DNA of 64,000 nucleotides from SAR86 cluster bacterium AG-422-O05 (lineage in GTDB: Bacteria > Pseudomonadota > Gammaproteobacteria > Magnimaribacterales > D2472), in the NCBI GenBank assembly GCA_003213495.1, contig QCMW01000001.1, positions 1,117,363 through 1,181,362 of the forward strand, read 5' to 3'. The number at the start of each line of letters is the position of its first letter. The stretch's first letter is position 1. Below, in pieces: positions 18,869 through 29,371 of this stretch. Below the pieces are notes generated by a model that was given only the letters and a program-made list of their open reading frames with translations, was not told the origin of the DNA and searched no databases. Position numbers and translations under genes: made by a program.

Positions 18869-20356
18869 ATGTTTAAATTAAAAATTAATCCACTTTGGAA
18901 TATATCAGTAATATTTATTACTTTTTTCTTTTTAATTATTCTCTCATCATATGTTTTAAATAATCCAAATGAAAGTGCAAATACACTTAAAAATATTTAC
19001 GATTTTTTTGCTATTAATTTTGAATCATATTTTTTAATAATTAGTTTTTTAATTCTTATTTTTTTGATTCTTATAGCAATTACTCCTGTAGGTTCTAAAG
19101 TGCTTGTCCTTGAAGGAAAGGATACATTTTCTTATTTTTCATGGTGTTCCATGTTATTTGCAACAGGGCTGGGTGCTGCTTTGTTATATTGGTCTACAGT
19201 AGAATGGTTGGTATATTTTACAGACCCAGTGGATGGAGTTAGAACTGAGGAATCAATAAACTATCTAAAAGCAAGGTCATATCCTCATTTTCATTGGGGT
19301 TTAACAGGTTGGGCAATTTATTGCCTTCCGACTATTGCTTTTTCACTGGCTCTAATTAACAAACCTAATACACCTCTAACTTTTTCTGGAATATTGTTAA
19401 AAAAACAATCTGGAATATTAAGACTATTTCTAGATTTAATATTTATTGGAGCAATACTCACAGGTGCAGGAGTAGGCTTAACTCTATCATTCCCTTTAAT
19501 CTCAGCTGTGATATCAAAAGTATTTTTAGTTGATAAAAATATCTATTTAGATTTTTCAGCTTTGGTTTTATGTCTTCTAATATTTGGATCAAGTGTTTAC
19601 CTTGGTATTCAAAAAGGAATCAAAAGGTTAAGTAATTTAAATATAATTTTGGTAATAATATTTTTGTTGTTTATATTATTTTCTGGTCCGACTTCCTATA
19701 TTGTTAAAAATACCATCGAACCCCTTGGTTATATGTTTAGTAATTTTATTGATTTGAGTTTATCAAGTTCAAAATACAGTATTACTTGGACAGTTTTTTA
19801 TTGGGCATGGTATTTTGCTTTAGCTCCTGCTGTTGGAACTTTTATTGTCAATATTTCAAATGGAAAATCAATAAGAGAAATTGTATTTGGATGCTTGCTA
19901 ATTGGCTCTCTTGGGTGTTTTTTTCATATTGGTGTACTAAGTAACTCATCTATTTATTTGTTTGAGAATAATATATTTAATGCTCCTGAAGTTTATAGCT
20001 CTGGAACTGCTGGTCTTGAAACCATTGTTGTAGAAACTATTTCATCTTTAGACTTTGGCTTTTATTTATTAATAGCTTTTGGGGTGATAGCAATTATTTT
20101 TCTATGCACAACCTATGACTCCTCTTCCTATATTTTAGCTACGGCGGCGATGAAAAATTTTAAGGATGAACCCTCGCGAAATTTAAGATTATTTTTTGCA
20201 TTCATGCTCATAATTCAACCTGCCCTAATAATGTTTCTTGGCGGAGGGGATTCTTTTATGTGGCTTTTAGTTATATTTTCGGTACCATTGATATTCGTAA
20301 ATATTTTATTAGTAATCTCAATAGTTAAAAATGCAATTAAAATTAAAAAATCATAA
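18869..20356 (+). CDS. BCCT-family transporter (paralog 2)
   Basis: WCSMLFATGLG, FHWGLTGWAIY, KGIKRLS, WTVFYWAWY; start moved to ATG 18869 to avoid a head-on overlap. Confidence 0.88.
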   Translation: MFKLKINPLWNISVIFITFFFLIILSSYVLNNPNESANTLKNIYDFFAINFESYFLIISFLILIFLILIAITPVGSKVLVLEGKDTFSYFSWCSMLFATGLGAALLYWSTVEWLVYFTDPVDGVRTEESINYLKARSYPHFHWGLTGWAIYCLPTIAFSLALINKPNTPLTFSGILLKKQSGILRLFLDLIFIGAILTGAGVGLTLSFPLISAVISKVFLVDKNIYLDFSALVLCLLIFGSSVYLGIQKGIKRLSNLNIILVIIFLLFILFSGPTSYIVKNTIEPLGYMFSNFIDLSLSSSKYSITWTVFYWAWYFALAPAVGTFIVNISNGKSIREIVFGCLLIGSLGCFFHIGVLSNSSIYLFENNIFNAPEVYSSGTAGLETIVVETISSLDFGFYLLIAFGVIAIIFLCTTYDSSSYILATAAMKNFKDEPSRNLRLFFAFMLIIQPALIMFLGGGDSFMWLLVIFSVPLIFVNILLVISIVKNAIKIKKS

Positions 20357-21206
20357 AGCTAACATATTTGAACAATTGCCTTTTGATAACTCAAAACAAT
20401 CAATTGTTTTCCTTCCTGGAGCAGGAATGGATCACAGAATATTGTCGATGTTTAATCTTGAGGAATTGTATAATAATCATAATATCCTAGGTTTTGATTT
20501 GCCTGGTCATGGCTTTACTTCTGGTCCAATTGTTAATTCCATAGATGAACATTCTTTATTTTGTATCGATGTTTTTGATCAGTTAGATATCAAAGAGCCT
20601 ATATTAATTGGGCATAGCTGGGGTGGCCTGGTTGCCCTTGATCTTTCTACAAAAGTAAAACATAAGATGACAATTTGTATGAATATTGCTTATCCATTTT
20701 TGGTTGGAGATATGTTACTAGATTTTGCAAAAGGTAATCTTGATCAAGCAGTAGAGTTCTTGATGAAATATGGGATTCATAAATTTCCTAAAACTGAAAT
20801 TAAAACTAAGGGCTTTGGAACGATGGGTTCTGGTTTCTATGGTAGAAAAAAAGGCCAAATCAAATCACCATATGGAACAAAAGTTGTTGAAGATGATCCA
20901 GAAAGAGAAATAAAACTTTACCCATTGAAACGATTATTTAATCAGTCTGAAAAAGAGATTAGTTCAATTGATTTAAAATCCTGTAATTCATTTCGCTTAA
21001 CCGAAGAACAAATCTCAAGTTTAAAAAACATAAAATATATTTTTAGTGAAAAAGATAAGCTAGCAAGATTTAACCCAGAAAATATATTGTTACAAAATAT
21101 AGATCATGATAAAGATATTGTTATCTTAGAAGATGTTGGGCACTTTCCATACTTTGAAAGTCCTGAAGAAACAAATAAGGCTCTAATCTCCATAATCAAA
21201 AAATAA
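20331..21206 (+). CDS. Alpha/beta hydrolase
   Basis: DLPGHG, GHSWGG, DKL, VGHFP. Confidence 0.85.
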   Translation: MQLKLKNHKANIFEQLPFDNSKQSIVFLPGAGMDHRILSMFNLEELYNNHNILGFDLPGHGFTSGPIVNSIDEHSLFCIDVFDQLDIKEPILIGHSWGGLVALDLSTKVKHKMTICMNIAYPFLVGDMLLDFAKGNLDQAVEFLMKYGIHKFPKTEIKTKGFGTMGSGFYGRKKGQIKSPYGTKVVEDDPEREIKLYPLKRLFNQSEKEISSIDLKSCNSFRLTEEQISSLKNIKYIFSEKDKLARFNPENILLQNIDHDKDIVILEDVGHFPYFESPEETNKALISIIKK

Positions 21207-21208
21207 TT

Positions 21209-22114
21209 TTAGATTTCTTTATCAAAGAAGTCTGTTAACAATTTATAGCGCCTATCTTTATTTAGATCGCTAAATATCTCATGTCTACCATTACCAAATG
21301 TAAATAAGGATAAATTTTTAAAATGATTTTTTAAAAACGTGTATAGTCTCTCAACACCTTTACCATTGTCGCCAACAGGATCTTTAGAGCCTGCAACTAA
21401 TAAAATTCTTAAATTCTTATTATTGCTTATATAGTTTTCAACTTTAAATGTGCTTTCAATTCCTTCTACCATATCTAGCCAAAGTCCATTGGTAACTTTA
21501 AATCCGCATAAATCATCTTCAATATAATTGTCTACACTGTCTTCGTCATCAGATACCCAGTCAAACTCAGTTCTGTTTGGTTTAAAATTGCTATTAAATC
21601 TTTTGGTAGTAAGTCGCTCCATAATATTATTTAATTTATTTCTGCCATTAAAAAAAATATCTATTTTTATTATTAGTTTTTGGAACGTTATCAAAAATTG
21701 TGGATATTTTGCTGATGCCGATAGTATGAGTCCATCGATTATAAGTTCTTTTTTTAATAGCGATAAAGCTATCCATGAACCCATGCTGTGCGCAAACACA
21801 AATTGTTTTAAATCAGGAAAACTTTTTTTTGTATCATTTATAAGCAAATGGAAATCATCCACAACTTTATCCCATCCATTCTCATCATCGGAAAATTTAC
21901 CTCTATCTGTAGAATTATGTATTCTTTTTCCATGTCCTCTATGATCTATCGATATTACATGATACCCATCATTATTAAGCTTGGAGGTTAACCATTTATA
22001 TCTTCCTATATGTTCTGCTTTACCGTGACAAATATGAACTATTCCTTTTGATTGAGACATGTTTGATAAATGAACATATAGGTAGCTTTTATCAATAGAG
22101 CTATTTAAAATCAT
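21209..22114 (-). CDS. Lysophospholipase-like alpha/beta hydrolase
   Basis: HGKAEHIGRY, DHRGHG, AHSMGS, DPVG, RHEIF. Confidence 0.85.
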   Translation of the reverse strand: MILNSSIDKSYLYVHLSNMSQSKGIVHICHGKAEHIGRYKWLTSKLNNDGYHVISIDHRGHGKRIHNSTDRGKFSDDENGWDKVVDDFHLLINDTKKSFPDLKQFVFAHSMGSWIALSLLKKELIIDGLILSASAKYPQFLITFQKLIIKIDIFFNGRNKLNNIMERLTTKRFNSNFKPNRTEFDWVSDDEDSVDNYIEDDLCGFKVTNGLWLDMVEGIESTFKVENYISNNKNLRILLVAGSKDPVGDNGKGVERLYTFLKNHFKNLSLFTFGNGRHEIFSDLNKDRRYKLLTDFFDKEI

Positions 22115-22153
22115 AATTTATAATAAACATATTAGATAAATATTAATATAACT

Positions 22154-23269
22154 ATGGATAATATTCATATTGCTGGAACTGGCATCTGGCATCCGGAAGA
22201 AATGATAACTAACGATGAGATAGTTGAATCTTATAATTCATATGTTGACAATTTTAATTACAAAAATGCTAATGAAATTGATAATGGAAATATGGTTGCA
22301 ATGGAACATTCATCAGCTGAATTTATCGAAAAAGCATCTGGCATAAAAACTAGATATGTCATAGATAAAAAAAATATTTTAGACATAGATAAAATGATGC
22401 CGCAGGTAGAACATGAAGATGAATCTAGGCTTTCAATTCATGCTGTGGTAGGTATTAATGCCGCAAAAAAAGCTATGGAACAAGCTAATGTCTCAGCTGC
22501 AGATATTGATGGAGTTATTTTAGGCACCTCGCATGCTGCAAGAAATTATCCATCTGTGGCAATTGAGATTCAAAATGAACTTGGTATTGATGGGTATGCA
22601 TATGACATGCTTGTAGGATGCTCATCTACTACATTTGCAATTAATAATGCCTACAGCGATATTGCATCGGGCCTAGCAAATACAGTGCTAGTTATAAATC
22701 CTGAAATATCTACACCATTTGTAAATTACACGCGTAGAGATATACATTTTATATTTGGTGATGGGTGTGTAGCAACTGTAGTTAGCAAAAATAATTCTTC
22801 AAAGCATTCGCATAAAGTTTTAGACAGAAAACTTGTTACAAAATTTTCTAATAATATTAGAAGTGATTGGAGCTATTTAGTAAGAGCAGCTGATAATAGC
22901 AAAACCTATGAAGATTTATTATTTTATCAAAATGGTAACAGTGTTTTTAAAGAGGTTTGTCCTATGGTGGCTGAATTTATATCAACACAGCTTAAAGATA
23001 ACGACATTGAACCAGGCGAGATTAAAAAATTCTGGCTTCATCAGGCAAATGCTAGAATGATCAACTTAATTGTGGCTAAGATCATTGGTACAGATCAATT
23101 CGATACATCATTAGCTCCAATGCCAATTGAAAAATTTGGTAACTTAGCAAGTGCTGGCTCTATGTTTGCATTCAACATACATAATGATCTTAAAAAAGGT
23201 GAAAAAGGCTTAATCTGTTCTTTTGGTGCGGGTTACTCTGTTTGTTCAATAATTGTAGAAAAAGTCTAA
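22154..23269 (+). CDS. fabH: Beta-ketoacyl-ACP synthase III (long FabH-like)
   Basis: Catalytic C (VGCSS), H (WLHQAN), N (GNLASA); FGDG; SFGAGY. Confidence 0.85.
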   Translation: MDNIHIAGTGIWHPEEMITNDEIVESYNSYVDNFNYKNANEIDNGNMVAMEHSSAEFIEKASGIKTRYVIDKKNILDIDKMMPQVEHEDESRLSIHAVVGINAAKKAMEQANVSAADIDGVILGTSHAARNYPSVAIEIQNELGIDGYAYDMLVGCSSTTFAINNAYSDIASGLANTVLVINPEISTPFVNYTRRDIHFIFGDGCVATVVSKNNSSKHSHKVLDRKLVTKFSNNIRSDWSYLVRAADNSKTYEDLLFYQNGNSVFKEVCPMVAEFISTQLKDNDIEPGEIKKFWLHQANARMINLIVAKIIGTDQFDTSLAPMPIEKFGNLASAGSMFAFNIHNDLKKGEKGLICSFGAGYSVCSIIVEKV

Positions 23270-23310
23270 TATAAATTTATTTCAAAACACAAAACATTTA
23301 TAATCTGCGC

Positions 23311-23454
23311 ATGGGTGAATACGATGCAGTTTGGGTTTTCTTAATTTCTTTAGCTTTTGTGGGTTTTTATATCTATATTGAAGCAAGACCTAAAGGCTCA
23401 AATCTCTTTGGAAATATCTCAGATACGATAAGTAGATTCTTCAGACAAAAGTAA
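23311..23454 (+). CDS. Small single-TM protein (47 aa; not in ORF track)
   Basis: MGEYDAVWVFLISLAFVGFYIYIEARPKGSNLFGNISDTISRFFRQK*; TATAAT 6 nt upstream. Confidence 0.6.
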   Translation: MGEYDAVWVFLISLAFVGFYIYIEARPKGSNLFGNISDTISRFFRQK

Positions 23455-23470
23455 GAACATTTTTTAATGT

Positions 23471-23911
23471 ATGCAAGAGAAGAAGATTAAGTTAGTCATT
23501 GCAGTCATTCTTGCTGCTATGATTGGTAGCTTGGCCTCCACGCAAGCAAGCTCTGACTTATGGTACTTATCTCTTAATAAAAGTGAACTTAATCCGCCAA
23601 GTTATGTGTTTGGAATAGTCTGGCCGATACTTTATGTCCTGATGATGATTTCTGCATATCTAGCTTACAAGAAGATCTACGAAATTTTTCTAATTCAATT
23701 AGCTTTTAATGCTGCATGGTCATGGTTGTTTTTCAGATTTCAAATGCCGCTGATATCACTCATCGATATTTATCTGCTTGTTGCTTTAAACTTGTATATA
23801 ACTGCACTTATGTATAGAGAAAATAAATTGGCATTTATTTTATTTATTCCATATGTCTTATGGATATCTTTTGCTAGTTATCTAAATTTGTTTATTGTCA
23901 TCAATAATTAA
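23471..23911 (+). CDS. tspO: TspO/MBR tryptophan-rich sensory protein
   Basis: WY..L.K..LNPP..VFG.VW..LY, QL..N..WS..FF, PY..W..FA..LN. Confidence 0.9.
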   Translation: MQEKKIKLVIAVILAAMIGSLASTQASSDLWYLSLNKSELNPPSYVFGIVWPILYVLMMISAYLAYKKIYEIFLIQLAFNAAWSWLFFRFQMPLISLIDIYLLVALNLYITALMYRENKLAFILFIPYVLWISFASYLNLFIVINN

Positions 23912-25158
23912 ATAAAAATTCCAACTATTAATCCAGTCATACAAGATGCTAGTGTTGCACCAACAAGTGCTTTAAGAGAAACCTTGATAAGATCGTCTTT
24001 TCTTTCTGGAGCCATTGCAGTAATTCCAGAGATAAGAATTCCTACTGACGATAAATTAGCAAAACCACATAGGCTATAAAATGTTATTAGTTTTGATCTC
24101 TCTGAAAGTTCTCCATTATCCAAAGCAGCCAAACCAGGATAAGCAACAAACTCATTTAATGTTGTCTTTATTCCAAGAAGTTCTCCAGCAATGATAGCTT
24201 CATCCCATGGAATTCCCATCAACCATGCAATAGGTGCAAAAAGGTAACCAAGGATTATTTCTATAGACAAATCAAAACCAAATTGAGATGATAAAAATCC
24301 TAATATTGAGTTAGCAATAAATACTAGCGCAATAACTGCAATCAATATTGTTCCAACACTAAACGCAATACTTGCTCCATCTGATGAACCTCTAGTTACT
24401 GCATCCATGGTACTGTTGAAAACTTTGGGTACTTTATTTTCATCAAAATCAGTAATTGTATTTGAAGGTATCATAATATTTGCATACATAATTGCAGCAG
24501 GAACTGATAATACAGACGCGGTAATAAAATGTTGAATCAAGTTCTGATTAATGAATGAGCTTTCAAGTATTGCAATTAAAGCAACCATTACAGAACCAGC
24601 AACGGTAGCCATGCCTGCAGTCATTAAAATTAAGAGTTCTTTATTAGATAATTTACTAACATAGGGCCTTATTAATAATGGAGCCTCAACCTGTCCAACA
24701 AAAATATTTGCAGCCGCTCCCAATCCAACTGGCCCACCAATATTGAAAAGCTTTTGACATGCTCTAGAGATTAAATTAACAATAAAAGGAAGTACTCCCC
24801 AATGCCATAATATAGCCGAAATACATGCCATGACTATGATGTATGGTAAAACTCCAAAAGCAAAAGTTTCTAAAAGAGATCTATATGGTGTACTGCTATC
24901 TGTAGGAGGATAACCAAATACAAAATTAGCGCCCTCTTGAGTAGCTTGCTGAAGGATAACGACACCATTTCCTAAAATTTCAAAAAAACTGACTACAAAA
25001 GGTAATTTAAGTAATATTACTGCAAGTATTATTTGAGCAAGTATTCCGTATAGAACATAGCGGTAGTTTATAGTTTTAAAATTATCTGAAAAAGGTATAG
25101 CTAATGCTACAAGACCAATAAAACCAATGAAAATCTGTAAAATAAAAAGAGTATCCAT
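23908..25158 (-). CDS. nupC: NupC/CNT-family Na+:nucleoside transporter
   Basis: NIFVGQVEAP, GMATVAGS, LNEFVAY, LCGFAN. Confidence 0.9.
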   Translation of the reverse strand: MDTLFILQIFIGFIGLVALAIPFSDNFKTINYRYVLYGILAQIILAVILLKLPFVVSFFEILGNGVVILQQATQEGANFVFGYPPTDSSTPYRSLLETFAFGVLPYIIVMACISAILWHWGVLPFIVNLISRACQKLFNIGGPVGLGAAANIFVGQVEAPLLIRPYVSKLSNKELLILMTAGMATVAGSVMVALIAILESSFINQNLIQHFITASVLSVPAAIMYANIMIPSNTITDFDENKVPKVFNSTMDAVTRGSSDGASIAFSVGTILIAVIALVFIANSILGFLSSQFGFDLSIEIILGYLFAPIAWLMGIPWDEAIIAGELLGIKTTLNEFVAYPGLAALDNGELSERSKLITFYSLCGFANLSSVGILISGITAMAPERKDDLIKVSLKALVGATLASCMTGLIVGIFI

Positions 25159-25159
25159 C

Positions 25160-26062
25160 TTAATAAAGCTTTATTTCTTTGAGCCTCTGATCAAGGAAAT
25201 CGTTAGCTAGAATTCCCTCATCACTGTCTCTAAATATAGATTTTAAATTTACTGAAGGTGCTGGATGAAGAAAAAAAGGTATGCTATATCTTGGCTTAGA
25301 TTCGGTTAGCTTATCTTGTATTACACGGTGTGTAGTGCTTTTTAATTTTTTATCGGTAACAAGCTGCATCATGTCACCAATATTGCAAACAATTGCTTCT
25401 GAGCTTGGAGAGACTTTAATCCAAGACCCATCCTTGTTCAAAACCTCTAAACCACCTTCTTCAGCTCCAATTAATAATGTAATTAAATTAATATCTTCAT
25501 GAGCTCTTGCTCTATGAGGATTTAAATTAGAATCTACAGGTGGATAATGAATAGATCTTAAAAGCGAATTGCCCTTTTCTATCCAAGGTGTAAAAAAATT
25601 TTTATCTATTTCCAATGACAAAGCAATTACTGACAATACTCTAGAACCAATTTTATGAAGCTCTAAATACAATTCATCATAATATTTATTAAATTCAGGC
25701 ATCTCCTCAATAATTATATTTTTTGGAATTTTTTGATCAAATGTATCATCAACAACTGGACCGTGATGCCAAAATTCTTTTTGATCAGGTACATTCTCAC
25801 CAACTGCAGTTTCGATACCTTTTGGGGTATAGCCTCTAGCCCCTTTAGAGCCAACTGAACTATACTTATTCTTAGTCTCATATTCTAGATTAAAAAACTG
25901 TTTTGATAATTGATAACACTTATCTACAAGCTCATTAGATAATCCGTGTTCAGTTATTGAAAAAAATCCATGGTCTTCTAAAGCATCAGACAGAATATTT
26001 ATAGAATTAGAGTCACCTTTTTCAATATCTACAAAAGAAAGTTCAGGTATTTGTTTATTCAT
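25160..26062 (-). CDS. 2OG-Fe(II) oxygenase (isopenicillin N synthase family)
   Basis: HED, NIGDM, HRV, RYSIPFF. Confidence 0.9.
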   Translation of the reverse strand: MNKQIPELSFVDIEKGDSNSINILSDALEDHGFFSITEHGLSNELVDKCYQLSKQFFNLEYETKNKYSSVGSKGARGYTPKGIETAVGENVPDQKEFWHHGPVVDDTFDQKIPKNIIIEEMPEFNKYYDELYLELHKIGSRVLSVIALSLEIDKNFFTPWIEKGNSLLRSIHYPPVDSNLNPHRARAHEDINLITLLIGAEEGGLEVLNKDGSWIKVSPSSEAIVCNIGDMMQLVTDKKLKSTTHRVIQDKLTESKPRYSIPFFLHPAPSVNLKSIFRDSDEGILANDFLDQRLKEIKLY

Positions 26063-26068
26063 AATAAA

Positions 26069-26091
26069 AAAGGCGGTATTAAACCGCCTTT
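26069..26091 (-). terminator. Stem-loop after TBDR3
   Basis: aaaggcggt-attaa-accgccttt with a U-run on the minus strand. Confidence 0.75.
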
Positions 26092-26110
26092 AAATTATAT
26101 ATAAGTATTA

Positions 26111-29100
26111 TTAGAAATTATACTTAAATCCTAACTGAGCTCTCCAAACACTTTGTGTTGCTGAAAGACTCATATTGTATGGATCATCAAAACTATATCT
26201 AAAAGCATTTCTGCTGTAGTCATATTTTGATCCATCAACAATTCTAAGATCTATTACAGGAATTCTTCCTGAGTAATAACCATATCTGACAACACCTTTG
26301 TCATCATCTAGAAGGTTTAATAAGTTCTCAATACCTAATGTAATAACGACTTCATCATCATCTCTGAAACCAGGTAAGATTTGAGTAATTTTGAAATCAA
26401 GCGATGACTGCCATGGGAATCTCATAGAACCTCTATCGGCAATTTCACCAGCTTTACCCTCTAAACCAAACACATTGTAAAGAAGGTTTAAAACTGCCTC
26501 TTCTCTAGCAAGCGCATCAGCAGAACCTTCATCTGTACATTTATATGAGTAACAAACAATAGGATCGCTTCTTGTTGGTATATACAATAAGGATGAGCTG
26601 TCATCGTTTAAATTGAAGTCATAACCAAAAGCCTTGGTTTTGTAATCACCTGGCCAACTTGTGTATGTATCAAAAGTTGGATAAGCAGGCAAACCAGACT
26701 TTCTTTCAAAAATCAAAGTAAAAGTTGTTGGCTTGTCAGTTCCAAAGAAATAATGCTTTGATCTCAAAGTTGCAAGTAATCTATGCTCTGTTTCATAAAT
26801 TGATGTCATTGCTTTTCTGTTGTTGAAGTCAATAGCACCGGTTTTACCAAAGTTTGAATTAGAAGTTGAGGAAGTCATTCCGCTTAATTCGGTATTATCC
26901 TGACCTGTGTAACTTATTGAAACAACAGTGTCACCATCCCTAAATGCTTTATTAAGGGTTGCTGAAATAACTTCTCTTTCACCACAACAGTCATTATATA
27001 AACCAGCTTTATAAGTTCTTTTACCAGTCATATCATATATAGGACGTCCATCTGGTGCAGTTTCAGTAGGTACAGTTGGAGTATCGCCGTTTAATGGATA
27101 ACCCGTATCAATAACTTTATATAAAGCTTCTTCTTGTTTTGATTTTAAATAAGTAACACTTAAGTCCATATCATATGGAAGATCTCTTTCATAAGTTATA
27201 TTTAAAATCTTTGAATCAGGCCAATCAAAGCTTGGGGCAACAAAGTCAATCTTAGAGCTTGTCAAAGGAGCATCTGCAATTGCTTGCTGTACACAGGCCG
27301 GAATGCCAGCACCTGGTGCTGTTAATGGATCACAACCAGCTGGTGCATAACTGCTATTGTAAGCAGAAACTCTAACTCCGTCGTTAGTGTATGCATTTGA
27401 TATCCAAACTGTAGGAAGTTTTGATGAATATGTGCCATACGTTACATTAATATCACTCATGTCATCAATTACAAGATCCATACCCAATCTAACATTTAGC
27501 AAGCTTGTGCCATCAATACCACCATTAGCAAAACCGTATGTTGCAAGAAAGTCTTGATTTAGTGCAGGAGCGTCATCTGAATCATATTCATCATATCTGA
27601 TACCTGCGGTAAGGCTTAATCTATCTGAAAACGTGTATTCATCCATTACATATAATGAAGTTAGTCCGTAATCAAAGATAGCTGCTGCATCATCAACATT
27701 GCCTGATTTTGCATTGTTTGCACTAAACGAGCTAGCAACACCAGCTTCATAGTCTGCTAATGAATCAAATTCCCATTCTCCATCTTGAGCCACAACAAAG
27801 AGATTGTATATATCCCAAGTTGTATTTTCATATCCTGCAGTAATCTTATGATTACCGGTATAGTAAGTAAGTTTAGCCTTTAAAAAATCTGTTTCCGTGG
27901 CTAACTCATTTGCACTTCTGTATATGTCAGCACCGAGATAAACTCTCATACCATAGGCATCATCAATATAAAAATTTGGAACATTCTGTCCAGCAGGTGA
28001 TTCTTGACTAGTATCTGTAGATTTATTTGAATAATAAATTTCAGATACTAAATTGTCTGACCAATCTGAAACTAAAAGAATACTTGATGTGTCAGTTTTT
28101 TCACCTTTGAAGTATGAGGCAGATTCAAAATAGAAGCTCGAGTTGCTTCCACTTGCTCGAAGTCTATCACCCTCTGTGCTTTTATAATTATACGTAAGTC
28201 TATGATTTTCATTCAAAATATAATCTACCCTTAAAGATGTATTTTCTTGATTAGACTCTGTAGTCGAAGCAACACCTAACGGATCCCATCCGTATTTATT
28301 GATAGTTATCTGTCTAATGTTATCAACTTGAGCAAGAGTAATAGCTTGCTCATTTGCTGCACCTGAACCTGCAGGTCCATACAATACTGGATTAGTTACA
28401 GTGGTTTCCTCATATGTGACATAGAAAAAAGCTTTGTCTTTAATTATTGGTCCACCTAAAGTGAAACTTTGAGCAGTATCTTCCTTATCAAAGGTATATT
28501 TTTGCCCTTCAATTTTATCTCCATAAAATTGATCTCCTCTATCATAATATCCAACACTACCTTCAAATTCATTTGTGCCACCTTTAGTAACAAACTCAAT
28601 GATACCGCCTCTGAAATTTGAATATTCTACAGAGGCTGGTGCAACTTTCACTGACATTTGTTCAATCGAATCTAAGTTAATTGGACTTCTTTGAGATGGA
28701 TATCCATTATCATTCAAACCAAAGTCATCATTAAATGAGACGCCATCAACTTTAATGTCATTACTTCTAGGATGTGCACCACCAATAGAGATGCTTGCAT
28801 AATCATCTTCTGCATCGTCCAATGAAACTAGAGGATTTAGTTTAATTAAATCTTTTATGTCTCTTGTGACTGATGGTGTTTCTTGAATAGTTTGTGCATC
28901 AATAGTAGATGAAAAACCAAGTCCATCATCTGAAGATACCCTTTGTGCAGTAACTACTACATCATCAACTGAAGATGCTGAACTCAAAACAAAAGAAAGT
29001 CTTGATGTTTCTCCTACTACTAGACTTGTTGTAACCTGATCAGCAGCTAATCCAGCAGCTGAAACTTTAATAGTATAAGGTCCACCTGGTCTCAAACCGC

Positions 29101-29302
29101 CTGCCGAGTATCTGCCCGAGGCATCTGTAACACGGGTAACCACAGTATTAGTTGGTTCATAAGTAATCTCAACTTGAGCACCGCTAACCGCACCATTTGC
29201 AGAAGATACTGAACCAGTAATGTCCGAGGTAAGTTCTTGAGCGATTAAGATTGGTGAAATAAAAATTGAGAGTAACGAAAGTTTTAAAAATTTCCGAATC
29301 AT
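26111..29302 (-). CDS. Oar-type TonB-dependent receptor with N-terminal carboxypeptidase-regulatory-like domain (TBDR3)
   Basis: GLRPGGPYTI N-domain, DGV.FND.FGL, TKGGTNEF, C-terminal QLGFKYNF. Confidence 0.9.
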   Translation of the reverse strand: MIRKFLKLSLLSIFISPILIAQELTSDITGSVSSANGAVSGAQVEITYEPTNTVVTRVTDASGRYSAGGLRPGGPYTIKVSAAGLAADQVTTSLVVGETSRLSFVLSSASSVDDVVVTAQRVSSDDGLGFSSTIDAQTIQETPSVTRDIKDLIKLNPLVSLDDAEDDYASISIGGAHPRSNDIKVDGVSFNDDFGLNDNGYPSQRSPINLDSIEQMSVKVAPASVEYSNFRGGIIEFVTKGGTNEFEGSVGYYDRGDQFYGDKIEGQKYTFDKEDTAQSFTLGGPIIKDKAFFYVTYEETTVTNPVLYGPAGSGAANEQAITLAQVDNIRQITINKYGWDPLGVASTTESNQENTSLRVDYILNENHRLTYNYKSTEGDRLRASGSNSSFYFESASYFKGEKTDTSSILLVSDWSDNLVSEIYYSNKSTDTSQESPAGQNVPNFYIDDAYGMRVYLGADIYRSANELATETDFLKAKLTYYTGNHKITAGYENTTWDIYNLFVVAQDGEWEFDSLADYEAGVASSFSANNAKSGNVDDAAAIFDYGLTSLYVMDEYTFSDRLSLTAGIRYDEYDSDDAPALNQDFLATYGFANGGIDGTSLLNVRLGMDLVIDDMSDINVTYGTYSSKLPTVWISNAYTNDGVRVSAYNSSYAPAGCDPLTAPGAGIPACVQQAIADAPLTSSKIDFVAPSFDWPDSKILNITYERDLPYDMDLSVTYLKSKQEEALYKVIDTGYPLNGDTPTVPTETAPDGRPIYDMTGKRTYKAGLYNDCCGEREVISATLNKAFRDGDTVVSISYTGQDNTELSGMTSSTSNSNFGKTGAIDFNNRKAMTSIYETEHRLLATLRSKHYFFGTDKPTTFTLIFERKSGLPAYPTFDTYTSWPGDYKTKAFGYDFNLNDDSSSLLYIPTRSDPIVCYSYKCTDEGSADALAREEAVLNLLYNVFGLEGKAGEIADRGSMRFPWQSSLDFKITQILPGFRDDDEVVITLGIENLLNLLDDDKGVVRYGYYSGRIPVIDLRIVDGSKYDYSRNAFRYSFDDPYNMSLSATQSVWRAQLGFKYNF

Positions 29303-29371
29303 AAATACACACCCCTAAATGTGAAAAATTAGTTTAGATTCATAATATATATCAAAATTCATCAGAGAACT

